Assembly (NCBI GenBank): GCA_949298925.1
Contig: CASFYE010000002.1
Location: 1 to 46,225 of the forward strand
Direction: 5' to 3'
DNA length: 46,225 nt
Source of the DNA: an uncultured Bacillota bacterium
Lineage (GTDB): Bacteria > Bacillota > Clostridia > Christensenellales > UBA1242
In this document: positions 37,228-45,624 of the stretch, one piece after another
Position numbering within the stretch: position 1 is the stretch's first letter
Layout: every line of letters starts with the position of its first letter
Notes under the pieces: generated by a model
Told to the model about the DNA's origin: nothing
Seen by the model: only the letters and a program-made list of their open reading frames with translations
Databases searched by the model: none
Translations under genes and position numbers: made by a program

Positions 37228-38220
37228 TTACTCCTCCGCTTCAAGCACAATCGCATGGCATACCCCTGGTATAGACTCACCTTGCTGATTGGCTGTTGTT
37301 GACATCAAAGCTCCTGTGGGAAGAAACAACACTTTTTTAAATATTTTTTGTTTCATCTTCTTTACTACATAGCTATTTAAAACTGTCGCACTTGCCCCAC
37401 ATCCACTGCCTCCACACATTGTGTCTTGGTTGCGAGTGTAATAACTATGTCCACAATCGCTGTAATTTTTGCCCAATTTAAAACCTTTTGCTTCCATCAA
37501 ATCAACCAAAATTTCAGAACCCAGCTTCCCCAAATCACCAGTAAGAATCAAATCATAATCTTCTGGTTTTGTTTTTGTTCCCTCAAAATGTGAGCTTAAT
37601 GTGTCCGCAGCCGCTGGCGCCATAGCCGCCCCCATGTTGTTAATGTCATTAACTCCTAAATCTATAACTTTCCCAAATGTGACCATGCTTATTACTGGCC
37701 CATTTCCATCCAATGAAACTATGCTAGCACCCGAACCCGTTACCGTCCATTGAGATGTTGGAACGCGCTGGCAACCAAGTTCTAACGGAAAGCGAAATTG
37801 ACGTTCTGCGGTTGAAAAATGCGAACCCGTTGCGCATGCGACGTTTTTAAAATGCTTGCCATTTACTAAAATGGCGCCTATTGCCAAAGTTTCAGCCATA
37901 GTCGAGCATGCTCCAAACAGTCCCAAGTATGGCATATTAAAAGCTCGAGCAGCATATGAGGAAGAGATTATTTGATTTAACAAATCACCAGCAAGCAACA
38001 AATTGATGTCATTTATCATAAGCCCTGCACTTTGCACTGCACCTGTAATTGCCAGCTCCATCATTTTACACTCAGCCTTTTCATAAGTTTTTTCTCCCAG
38101 CCTGTCATCTTTCATGACGTAATCAAAATACTTACTAAAAGGTCCCTCTCCTTCTTTTGGACCTACTATGGAATAACTTCCAACAATTTTTGGACGATTT
38201 CTTAGTTCTATTGTTTGCAC
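37228..38220 (-). CDS. spoVAD: stage V sporulation protein AD
   Basis: Thiolase-like fold motifs (GDLLNQ, FGACST, ATGSHF.TAERQFR.P.E.G.Q). I place the start at GTG 38220, which overlaps the spoVAC TAG stop (TAGTG). The ORF-track extension to 38319 lies inside spoVAC. Confidence 0.9.
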   Translation of the reverse strand: MQTIELRNRPKIVGSYSIVGPKEGEGPFSKYFDYVMKDDRLGEKTYEKAECKMMELAITGAVQSAGLMINDINLLLAGDLLNQIISSSYAARAFNMPYLGLFGACSTMAETLAIGAILVNGKHFKNVACATGSHFSTAERQFRFPLELGCQRVPTSQWTVTGSGASIVSLDGNGPVISMVTFGKVIDLGVNDINNMGAAMAPAAADTLSSHFEGTKTKPEDYDLILTGDLGKLGSEILVDLMEAKGFKLGKNYSDCGHSYYTRNQDTMCGGSGCGASATVLNSYVVKKMKQKIFKKVLFLPTGALMSTTANQQGESIPGVCHAIVLEAEE

Positions 38221-38675
38221 TATATTAACCCCACAATATAATAAATTAATCCAACTATCACACTTGAAACAATTCCTGTGACAATGACTGGGCCAGCGAT
38301 TGTAAACATCTTCACACATGTCCCGTAAATAATTCCTTCATGCTTAAACTCAATCGCGGGCGAAGATATTGAGTTGGAAAAGCCCGTGATCGGAACAATG
38401 CTTCCACCACCAGCAAATTTGCCTATTTTGTCATAAACACCAAATGCAGTTAGCAAAGAAGCAAGAAATATAAGCACAATCAATGTCCATGCCCATGCGC
38501 TTTGCTCTGCCATGTTTGGAAATAGATATAACAACAATTCATTTACGCCTTGCCCGAGCAAACAAATCAATCCGCCCACCCAAAAAGAGTTAAAAAGAGA
38601 TGGCCACGGTTTTGTTTTTGGTATCCTTGCTTCAACATAAGCTTTGTAGGCTTGATTTAACTTTTCATTTTTCAT
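38220..38675 (-). CDS. spoVAC: stage V sporulation protein AC
   Basis: ~151 aa from ATG 38675, 7 nt after AAGGAG. 4 TM helices and the motif GG..VPI.GF.N. Confidence 0.9.
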   Translation of the reverse strand: MKNEKLNQAYKAYVEARIPKTKPWPSLFNSFWVGGLICLLGQGVNELLLYLFPNMAEQSAWAWTLIVLIFLASLLTAFGVYDKIGKFAGGGSIVPITGFSNSISSPAIEFKHEGIIYGTCVKMFTIAGPVIVTGIVSSVIVGLIYYIVGLI

Positions 38676-38760
38676 ATTGTTCTCCTTGATAATATTTGAC
38701 ATCTATATTTAAGAATAAACCTATAATAATTGCTCAATATAAATCTATAAAGGAGGTTTT

Positions 38761-40116
38761 ATGAAAAAACTTTTAATTTTTGCCGGGGTTTTGGCTACAT
38801 CGTTGTCATTGGCTGGTTGCTCTGGAACAAACGAATCAGCAGTAATAAACAGACTGTCACATCAATTAGATAGGACTGCAAACACCGTTAGCACCATTAA
38901 TCAGGATGCGACCAGTGATATTGCGATTGAAAATATTTCAAAACTTTTTTCAAATAAGGCTAACACATCTCAAATTAGCGTGCTTTCAGAGGCATACCAA
39001 TCTTCTGCCAATGCTGCTTCAAGCGCAAGAGGTCTTTCTAACAAAATTAATAAAAAAATAATAAATATAAAAAAATCTATTGCTGGAAATATAAAGCTCG
39101 GAAATGACAACACTGGAACAATAAACGAACTTACAACAAGCATGCAAAAATACACCTCAAACTTAAATAAAACAAAATCTGAATATAAAAATGTAGCAAA
39201 TGCAATTTATAAAATTGGCGAAGACAATGAATCTGAACAATTAGATGTTAAACTCGCAAAGCTTTCGTGCTGTGTGGAAGCGAGAAATTGCTATATGCAA
39301 AACTTATTACTCACATTAGAAAACATAGAAAATATTTTAAATGGAATTGAAGAATCAACCCAAGAAGAAAACGAAGATAATCAAGTTCAAAACTCTTTTG
39401 AGAACGATTTAATTTCTCAACAAACGCAAGATTTACCAGCTCAAAATAGCACACAAATTAATCAAAATTATCCGTTCAGCAACGGTTATTATCCTAACCA
39501 ACCTTACAACCAAAATACGATGTATTATGGTGGCGCAAACGGTTACAATAATGCTTACAACAATGGATACGGCTACGGCTATGGCTCATACGGTTGGCGC
39601 GGAGGATTTAACCCTGACAGAAATACCGACACATATGGACCTGGTGCCACAAATATTGACACATACAAATTTAATGGCAACAACAGACATTTTAACGGAT
39701 CAAATGGCATTAATATGATTGACGATATTGCCAAAGAGCCTTCGGCTGAGCAAGATGTCATGACAGAAGAAAACGAAATTGACAATGACGTTAATGAAAA
39801 TGTAACCATCTCATCAGTAAATGAACACATTAATAAATCGAAATCAAGTTTTAATCCACCAATAAAAAAACATAGGAATATGCTTGGCCACGAAAACGAA
39901 AAAATTGTTGAAGAAAATTTAAAAGAAGACAACAGCATAAATTTTGATGAAAGTGTTGACGAGGTTGAAGATGAAGAAATGAAAATACGTTCGGTCGATG
40001 CTGATGTCGAAGAATTTGAAGAAGAAATTCAAGGCGAACATAAAGTTAAAGGACACACAAAAACCGAAGCCGATATAAATAAGGATATTGAAAATTTAAT
40101 TAAAAAGCCGTCATAA
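38761..40116 (+). CDS. lipoprotein with a helical N-domain, a Tyr/Gly/Asn-rich low-complexity core and an acidic C-terminus
   Basis: Signal peptide plus lipobox (LSLAGC|SG). AAAGGAGG RBS. Low-complexity run NGYYPNQPYNQNTMYYGGANGYNNAYNNGYGYGYGSYGWRGGF. No family recognised. Confidence 0.7.
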   Translation: MKKLLIFAGVLATSLSLAGCSGTNESAVINRLSHQLDRTANTVSTINQDATSDIAIENISKLFSNKANTSQISVLSEAYQSSANAASSARGLSNKINKKIINIKKSIAGNIKLGNDNTGTINELTTSMQKYTSNLNKTKSEYKNVANAIYKIGEDNESEQLDVKLAKLSCCVEARNCYMQNLLLTLENIENILNGIEESTQEENEDNQVQNSFENDLISQQTQDLPAQNSTQINQNYPFSNGYYPNQPYNQNTMYYGGANGYNNAYNNGYGYGYGSYGWRGGFNPDRNTDTYGPGATNIDTYKFNGNNRHFNGSNGINMIDDIAKEPSAEQDVMTEENEIDNDVNENVTISSVNEHINKSKSSFNPPIKKHRNMLGHENEKIVEENLKEDNSINFDESVDEVEDEEMKIRSVDADVEEFEEEIQGEHKVKGHTKTEADINKDIENLIKKPS

Positions 40117-40836
40117 TTATGACAGCTTTTTTTTCAAATTGTTTAAAATACGATTTTCTAACCTCGACACTTGAACCTGAGATATATTCAATTTTTGAGC
40201 AATTTCGCTTTGCGTTTTATCATAAAAATATCTCATTAAAATAATGGCTCTGTCTCTCCTAGTAAGAGATGAAAGCATCTCACGAATTGCGATCTTGTCC
40301 ATCAAATTTTCATCAGTTGCAAGCGAATCTATCCCATCAACAATCAAACTGCTTCCCTGCGAATTTTCAACCGGTGCATATAAAGACAAAGGCATCTTTG
40401 CGGAGTCCATAGCCATCACTATTTCCCCTTCTTCCATATCAAAATGTTTTGCTATTATTTCAATGGTTGGCGACATTTTGTTTTCAGCATAGTATTTCTC
40501 AACAAACTTGTTTATTTTTAAATTCAAAGATTTGATTGCACGAGAAACTTTTATTGCTCCGTCATCTCTCATAAACCGTTTTATTTCTCCTATAACCATT
40601 GGCACGACGTAGGTAGAAAACTTCACATTAAAATCTGCGTTAAAATTTTTTATGGCCTTAACAAATCCCAAACAACCTAATTGATATAAATCGTCATATT
40701 CAAGACCCTTTCCATAAAAACGTTTTATAATGCTTTTTATCAAAGGTGAATTTTGTTCGATCAATTGTCCTTTTGCTTCTTCATCACCTTGTTGTGCCTT
40801 TGCCACGAGGAGTTTTATTTCATCTGCATCCAGCAT
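40117..40836 (-). CDS. sigF: sporulation sigma factor SigF
   Basis: 239-aa sigma-70 family ORF with regions 2-4 and the HTH TQSEIAQKLNISQVQVSRLE. Third gene of the spoIIA-type operon. Confidence 0.9.
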   Translation of the reverse strand: MLDADEIKLLVAKAQQGDEEAKGQLIEQNSPLIKSIIKRFYGKGLEYDDLYQLGCLGFVKAIKNFNADFNVKFSTYVVPMVIGEIKRFMRDDGAIKVSRAIKSLNLKINKFVEKYYAENKMSPTIEIIAKHFDMEEGEIVMAMDSAKMPLSLYAPVENSQGSSLIVDGIDSLATDENLMDKIAIREMLSSLTRRDRAIILMRYFYDKTQSEIAQKLNISQVQVSRLENRILNNLKKKLS

Positions 40837-41281
40837 AGGTGCCTTCTTTCAAGGACAAGCTGTTGCACACCTTTTTCATCACAACACGCAAACCTTTGTC
40901 ACCGTTTTTATAAAGCTGGACATCGTCCATAAAAGTTTCCATAACAGAAAAACCCATACCGCTTCTCTCCTCATCAGGCTTGGTCGTATAAAAAGGTTCT
41001 CTGGCTTTTTTAAAATCTTTTATTCCAACACCATTGTCTGAAACAGTTATAGTCACTTCATTCTTGTCTAATTCTACTCTCATTTTGACCACACCCTCAC
41101 CCTTAGGATAAGCATGAACGATGGCATTTGTAACTGCTTCCGACACTGCAGTTTTAATGTCACTTATCTCTTCGAGCGAAGGATTTAGAGGCAGACAAAA
41201 ACTTGCAACGCACACTCTTGCAAAACTTTCATTAACAGAATCTGCTTTAAATTCAATCTCCATAAAATTGTCTTGTTTCAC
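40820..41281 (-). CDS. spoIIAB: anti-sigma F factor / serine kinase SpoIIAB
   Basis: GHKL ATPase motifs (EAVTNAIVHAY, DNGVGI, GMGF). GTG 41281 lies 6 nt after AGGAGG, which overlaps the spoIIAA stop. Confidence 0.9.
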   Translation of the reverse strand: MKQDNFMEIEFKADSVNESFARVCVASFCLPLNPSLEEISDIKTAVSEAVTNAIVHAYPKGEGVVKMRVELDKNEVTITVSDNGVGIKDFKKAREPFYTTKPDEERSGMGFSVMETFMDDVQLYKNGDKGLRVVMKKVCNSLSLKEGTYAGCR

Positions 41282-41291
41282 AATCAACCTC

Positions 41292-41600
41292 CTAAATTAT
41301 TTTGGGCATTAAATCATAGAGCCCTGTCATTTTAAATATTCTTTCTGCATGAGATGAAGGATTGCAAATATAAATTGGTATTTTTCTATCTTTCATCTTT
41401 TTATACCTTCCAATTAAAACGCCTATTCCTGTGGAATCCATAAAATCCAGTTCTGACAAATCGATTATGATTTGTTTGAATACGCCACTGCCAAATGCTT
41501 TGTCCATCTCTTCGCGAGTAAAAGATGAAGAATGTTCGTCAAGTTCACCACATAAAAGCAAATAGAGCGTGCCGTTATAAATTCTTGATTTAACCTTCAT
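41292..41600 (-). CDS. spoIIAA: anti-sigma F factor antagonist SpoIIAA (STAS)
   Basis: 102-aa STAS ORF with the phosphorylatable DSTGIGVL motif. Confidence 0.9.
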   Translation of the reverse strand: MKVKSRIYNGTLYLLLCGELDEHSSSFTREEMDKAFGSGVFKQIIIDLSELDFMDSTGIGVLIGRYKKMKDRKIPIYICNPSSHAERIFKMTGLYDLMPKII

Positions 41601-41640
41601 ATCGCCCTCCTACGTGAACAAGTATAAATTAAATAGATGT

Positions 41641-41680
41641 AAAAAAAACAAGCCTTTTTGTAGAAAAAAAGCTTGTTTTG
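41641..41680 (-). terminator. rho-independent terminator after the SDR gene
   Basis: On the minus strand, the stem AACAAGC(T5) / (A5)GGCTTGTT is followed by T8. Confidence 0.7.
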
Positions 41681-41701
41681 CAATATCCAAATTTTTAATT
41701 G

Positions 41702-42418
41702 TTAAATAATCAAACCACCACTTATTATCAAGTTTTCTCCTGTGACAAAATCACTATTTGCCAAAAACACAACTGCTTTTGCCACGTCATCACAAGTGCC
41801 CATCTTTTTCAATGGAGTTTCTTCAATTATGTTTAATTTTTCTTTTTCATTAAAGCAGGCATTCATTTTTGTGTCAATAAAACCCGGGCTTATGCAATTT
41901 ACTCTTATTCCAAGCGGAGCAATCTCTTTGGCAAGTGCCTTGGTAAACCCAATAACACCAGCTTTTGAAGCAGAGTACGTGGCTTCACAACTCCCGCCAT
42001 AAATCCCTAAAAACGATGCTATGTTTATTATGCTTGACCCCCGCTTTAAAAGAGGGATAGCATATTTGTTACAATAAATGGTCCCGTTAAGATTTGTCTT
42101 TAAAATCAAATCGATTTCGTCGTCTTCTTTGTCGATCAACATTTTTTCATCTTCCGCGATTCCTGCATTGCACACGACAAGGTCAAACTTAACATTTTTC
42201 TTTCGCAAGTTTTCAAATACTTCTTTCACTTTTTTAGGTTGTGATTGATCAAAATATAGCTGTTCAACATTTGCAGTTATTTTACTTACATCGATTTTGT
42301 TTTTATTTCCACATAAAAAAAGGTCATAGCCTTCACTTGCCAAAGCAAAAGCTATACTCTTCCCTATGTCGCCCGAAGCACCTGTAATCAAAGCATTTTT
42401 TTTTAACATATATAACAA
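41702..42418 (-). CDS. short-chain dehydrogenase/reductase (FabG-like)
   Basis: TGASGDIGKS cofactor motif, NAG, and the catalytic YSASKAG. Confidence 0.85.
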   Translation of the reverse strand: MLYMLKKNALITGASGDIGKSIAFALASEGYDLFLCGNKNKIDVSKITANVEQLYFDQSQPKKVKEVFENLRKKNVKFDLVVCNAGIAEDEKMLIDKEDDEIDLILKTNLNGTIYCNKYAIPLLKRGSSIINIASFLGIYGGSCEATYSASKAGVIGFTKALAKEIAPLGIRVNCISPGFIDTKMNACFNEKEKLNIIEETPLKKMGTCDDVAKAVVFLANSDFVTGENLIISGGLII

Positions 42419-43224
42419 ACACCAACAGCAGGTCCTATGTGTGCCGCCACAACTGGTCCTAGTTCACCTTCGTAAATTTTTGTCTTTGGGAAAGCCGTTT
42501 TCATCTTTTCCAAAAGCACATCAAAAAACTTTGTGTTTGCGATATGAATCGCAAAAAGTCTTTTAGTTTTTTCAGGAATCATAGCAATCAAGTCTGAAAT
42601 GGCCTTACCCATACCGAAAATCTTTTTTGCGCACAAAAGTGTTCCTTGCTTAAATGTTAAAACCGGTTTGATTTGAAGTAAAGAACCTATTGTAGCGCTA
42701 ACTCTTCCAATTCTTCCGCCTTTTTTTAAATATTCCAAGCTGTCCGGAACAAAGCATATCTGACTGTTTACTTGTAAAGCGGATATATACTTAACAATCT
42801 GTTCTCTACTCCAACCTTCGTCAGCTTTTTCTAAAACTTCCATACAATAGCCCCAGATGTTTTGTCCGGTACTCATAGAATCTATGACGGTGATTTTCTC
42901 AGGATCTTTGCAGGAATCTTTAGCCAAATTTGCCACGGAATATGTGCCTGACAATGATGCCGAAATCGTGAAAACAATAGCTTCATTGCCATCATCTATC
43001 ACTTTGTTGTAAGCATTTATAAAAGATTCAGGAGATGGTTGTGATGTTTTTGGAAACAATTTTGTTTTAGTAAAACTTTCAAAAAATTCATCGTAACTGC
43101 CTGGCAATCCCTCTTCAAATTCTTTTTCCATATAAAGAACGTGCAATGGTATAACTGTAATATCATTTTTTTCAACAAAATCTTTTGGTATATAAGCTGT
43201 CGAGTCCACAATAAGTTTGATCAT
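42403..43224 (-). CDS. degV: DegV-family fatty-acid-binding protein
   Basis: MIKLIVDSTAY N-terminus and the GGRIG motif. ATG 43224 lies 6 nt after GGAGG. The ORF track extends to 43242. Confidence 0.9.
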   Translation of the reverse strand: MIKLIVDSTAYIPKDFVEKNDITVIPLHVLYMEKEFEEGLPGSYDEFFESFTKTKLFPKTSQPSPESFINAYNKVIDDGNEAIVFTISASLSGTYSVANLAKDSCKDPEKITVIDSMSTGQNIWGYCMEVLEKADEGWSREQIVKYISALQVNSQICFVPDSLEYLKKGGRIGRVSATIGSLLQIKPVLTFKQGTLLCAKKIFGMGKAISDLIAMIPEKTKRLFAIHIANTKFFDVLLEKMKTAFPKTKIYEGELGPVVAAHIGPAVGVCYIC

Positions 43225-43291
43225 TTTTACCTCCACGGTCAAGTTAGTCTAACATATTTATATATTTTCTCCAACATATTTAATTATATAT

Positions 43292-43320
43292 TTGACAAAA
43301 AAATGACGAACTGTTAATAT
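43292..43320 (+). promoter_or_regulatory. sigma-A promoter of the hydrolase-phosphoesterase gene; predicted leaderless
   Basis: TTGACA (43292-43297), 17 nt, TGtTAATAT (hexamer at 43315-43320), 6 nt, ATG 43327. No SD. Confidence 0.6.
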
Positions 43321-43326
43321 TTTTGT

Positions 43327-44739
43327 ATGAATAAAAAAATAAAATTAATTATTGATAGTGATGTTTCAAACGAGGTTGACGATGTTTTTGCCCTTGCCTA
43401 TGTGCTTTCACGCAGAGATTTATTCGATGTAAAACTGATCTCAATCTCACCATTTTCAGCTTCTTATTGCAGAAATTCAATTCGTGACAACTCAATTGAT
43501 TCTAAATATGAAGCAACAAGATTAATGCGAACAATCGGGCTAAAGAATACTGACATTGTGAAAAGTGGTAGCATTGATTATCTATCAAACAACTACCGCT
43601 CATCAAGCGAAGCGACAAATGAAATAATTAAAATAGCAAGCAAAGAAAAAATAACAATCCTTTGTTTAGGAACTCTCACAAATGTCGCCATAGCTCTTTT
43701 AATAAAACCGGAAATTGCTAGAAATTTAAAAATTATCTTTTTGGGGACTCAAAATCTTTTGCACAAAAAATTTACCGATTTCAATTATATAAAAGATAAA
43801 AAAGCATTTGAGGTCGTCGCAAAAAACGTTGACGATTTAACTATATTTCCAAGCACGGTAGCTAAACAGTTTGTAACAAGCATTTATGAAGCCAAAAATC
43901 ATCTGTGCCAAAACAAACTTGGAAGATACCTATTTAAAAAGCTAAATAATTCTGTCTTCAAAATACAAAACCGTGGTATACACACAATTTATGACATAGG
44001 TCCCGTCGCTTATTTGATTAACAAAAAATGGTTTTGCACCACAAAAATATCCATTAATGAACTTTTAAAAGAGCAAAAACATATTGAAAATGAAAAAACT
44101 GTCAACTATATTTTTGATTTACAAAAGCAAGCAAATTATGATGTCTGGAAAGATTTTATAAGCTCAATAACTTCTGTGGAAACAACCTCCAAAAGAAACA
44201 TTTTTTTCACATCTGACACTCACTTTTCCTCTGAACGCGTGATAAAATTAAAATTAGTTCCTTTTGAAAATGTTGAGCAAATGAATTACGAACTTGTCAA
44301 AAGATGGAACAGTGACGTTTCAAAGGACGACATTGTTTATCATCTTGGTGACTTTGGAGAATATAGTTATATTAAAAAATTAAAAGGCAAAGTCATATTG
44401 ATATTGGGAAATTATGAAATAGCAGATATGAAAAAGCAAAAGTTAAGTTTTAAGCAGTTTAAAGAAAAACTTATATCTATGGGATTTTATGACGTGATAG
44501 AAAATAATTTAAAAATCAACATAGATGATTGCGAAATCTATTTAACACACAAACCTGTCGACTGCAACAAAGAAATGATAAACTTGTTTGGTCATGTCCA
44601 TTTGTTAAAGCCCGTAAGCAAATCAGGATTTAATGTAGCAACAACATATTTTGACTTTCACCCCGTTTCTTTGCAACAAATGAAAAATAAAATTAATTTC
44701 ATTAAAAATTATGCTGACAAAAACGTGTTTGCTGATTAG
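43327..44739 (+). CDS. fusion protein: N-terminal inosine/uridine-preferring nucleoside hydrolase-like domain plus C-terminal metallophosphoesterase domain
   Basis: N-terminus has IIDSDVSNEVDDVFALAY (the DxDxxxDD motif of the IUNH family). The C-terminal ~180 aa have the calcineurin-like motifs SDTHF, LGDFG, GNYE and GHVH. Confidence 0.75.
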   Translation: MNKKIKLIIDSDVSNEVDDVFALAYVLSRRDLFDVKLISISPFSASYCRNSIRDNSIDSKYEATRLMRTIGLKNTDIVKSGSIDYLSNNYRSSSEATNEIIKIASKEKITILCLGTLTNVAIALLIKPEIARNLKIIFLGTQNLLHKKFTDFNYIKDKKAFEVVAKNVDDLTIFPSTVAKQFVTSIYEAKNHLCQNKLGRYLFKKLNNSVFKIQNRGIHTIYDIGPVAYLINKKWFCTTKISINELLKEQKHIENEKTVNYIFDLQKQANYDVWKDFISSITSVETTSKRNIFFTSDTHFSSERVIKLKLVPFENVEQMNYELVKRWNSDVSKDDIVYHLGDFGEYSYIKKLKGKVILILGNYEIADMKKQKLSFKQFKEKLISMGFYDVIENNLKINIDDCEIYLTHKPVDCNKEMINLFGHVHLLKPVSKSGFNVATTYFDFHPVSLQQMKNKINFIKNYADKNVFAD

Positions 44740-44748
44740 CAAACATAT

Positions 44749-44824
44749 CGGCGTGTAGCGCAGTTGGTAGCGCGCATGGTTCGGGACCATGAGGCCGTGG
44801 GTTCAAATCCCGCCACGCCGACCA
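44749..44824 (+). tRNA. tRNA-Pro (CGG)
   Basis: Cloverleaf folded by hand: acceptor CGGCGTG/CACGCCG, anticodon loop TTCGGGA, T-loop TTCAAAT, CCA encoded. It starts 9 nt after the preceding CDS stop. Confidence 0.9.
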
Positions 44825-44968
44825 AAAGACTTAATAACAGACTTTCACAAATAATTAATATTAACTATATTATAAGATATAGCCATTTTGTTAAAATATA
44901 AATTTGACTATAAAATAGATTACACAAACATAAATTTATAAAATATTACAAAAATTGTTTTAATTTTC

Positions 44969-44997
44969 TTGACATAGCTTTTCAATTAGTGTAAAAT
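44969..44997 (+). promoter_or_regulatory. sigma-A promoter for tRNA-Pro(UGG)
   Basis: TTGACA (44969-44974), 17 nt, TAAAAT (44992-44997). Confidence 0.6.
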
Positions 44998-45018
44998 GAT
45001 TTCGCAACCTAAAAGCGT

Positions 45019-45094
45019 CGGGGTGTAGCGCAGTTGGTAGCGCACGTGGTTTGGGACCATGGGGTCGGGAGTTCGAGCCTCTCCACCCCGACCA
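45019..45094 (+). tRNA. tRNA-Pro (UGG)
   Basis: Acceptor CGGGGTG/CACCCCG, anticodon loop TTTGGGA, CCA encoded. Confidence 0.9.
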
Positions 45095-45311
45095 TCTTCA
45101 TTTATGAAGAGAGTTGCTTTCTTGTTGTTTTTGACTGTTTTTTATATGAAAACATCAAAATGACGAGCTCTTAGGTTAAAACAAAAATGTTTGCTTGCAA
45201 TTACATTTTTGTGCAAACCGCATCACAACATTTGTTAGAATTGTTGTGATATAACCGAGTCGCGTCCCCGGACCGACCGGCAGAAATAAAACAAAAATCC
45301 AAGTTTTTCTT

Positions 45312-45388
45312 GGGCCTTTAGCTCAGTTGGTTAGAGCAACCGGCTCATAACCGGTCGGTCCGGGGTTCAAGTCCCTGAAGGCCCACCA
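45312..45388 (+). tRNA. tRNA with CAU anticodon, probably tRNA-Ile2 (lysidine type) rather than elongator Met
   Basis: Acceptor GGGCCTT/AAGGCCC, anticodon loop CTCATAA. The body (TAGCTCAGTTGGTTAGAGC...GGCTCATAACC) resembles Bacillus tRNA-Ile(CAU) as I recall it. Identity is not certain. Confidence 0.8.
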
Positions 45389-45430
45389 GAGCAAGACTGC
45401 TCATCAACAAAAGTGGCTGAACGCAAGCAT

Positions 45431-45515
45431 GGGAAGGTTGCAGAGCGGCCAAATGCAACGGACTGTAAATCCGTCGACTACGTCTTCGATGGTTCGAATC
45501 CATCCCTTCCCACCA
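45431..45515 (+). tRNA. tRNA-Tyr (GUA)
   Basis: Acceptor GGGAAGG/CCTTCCC, anticodon loop CTGTAAA, long variable arm, CCA encoded. Confidence 0.9.
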
Positions 45516-45547
45516 TCGCGCAAGCGAACGACAAATCAACCTCTTAT

Positions 45548-45624
45548 GGCTCGGTAGTTCAGTTGGTTAGAACGCTAGCCTGTCACGCTAGAGGTCGTGG
45601 GTTCAAGTCCCATCCGAGTCGCCA
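45548..45624 (+). tRNA. tRNA-Asp (GUC)
   Basis: Acceptor GGCTCGG/CCGAGTC, anticodon loop CTGTCAC, discriminator G, CCA encoded. Confidence 0.9.

Noticed and set aside
41601-41660. Sigma-H promoter and Spo0A boxes upstream of spoIIAA. Sigma-F/G promoters upstream of spoIVB (26612-26700) and spoVAC (38676-38760) were also sought
   Set aside because: I could not find convincing matches to the consensus elements (RnAGGAwWW / RnnGAAT; TGNCGAA; GnATA...CATnnTA) in the short available spacers. I am not reporting sites I cannot support.
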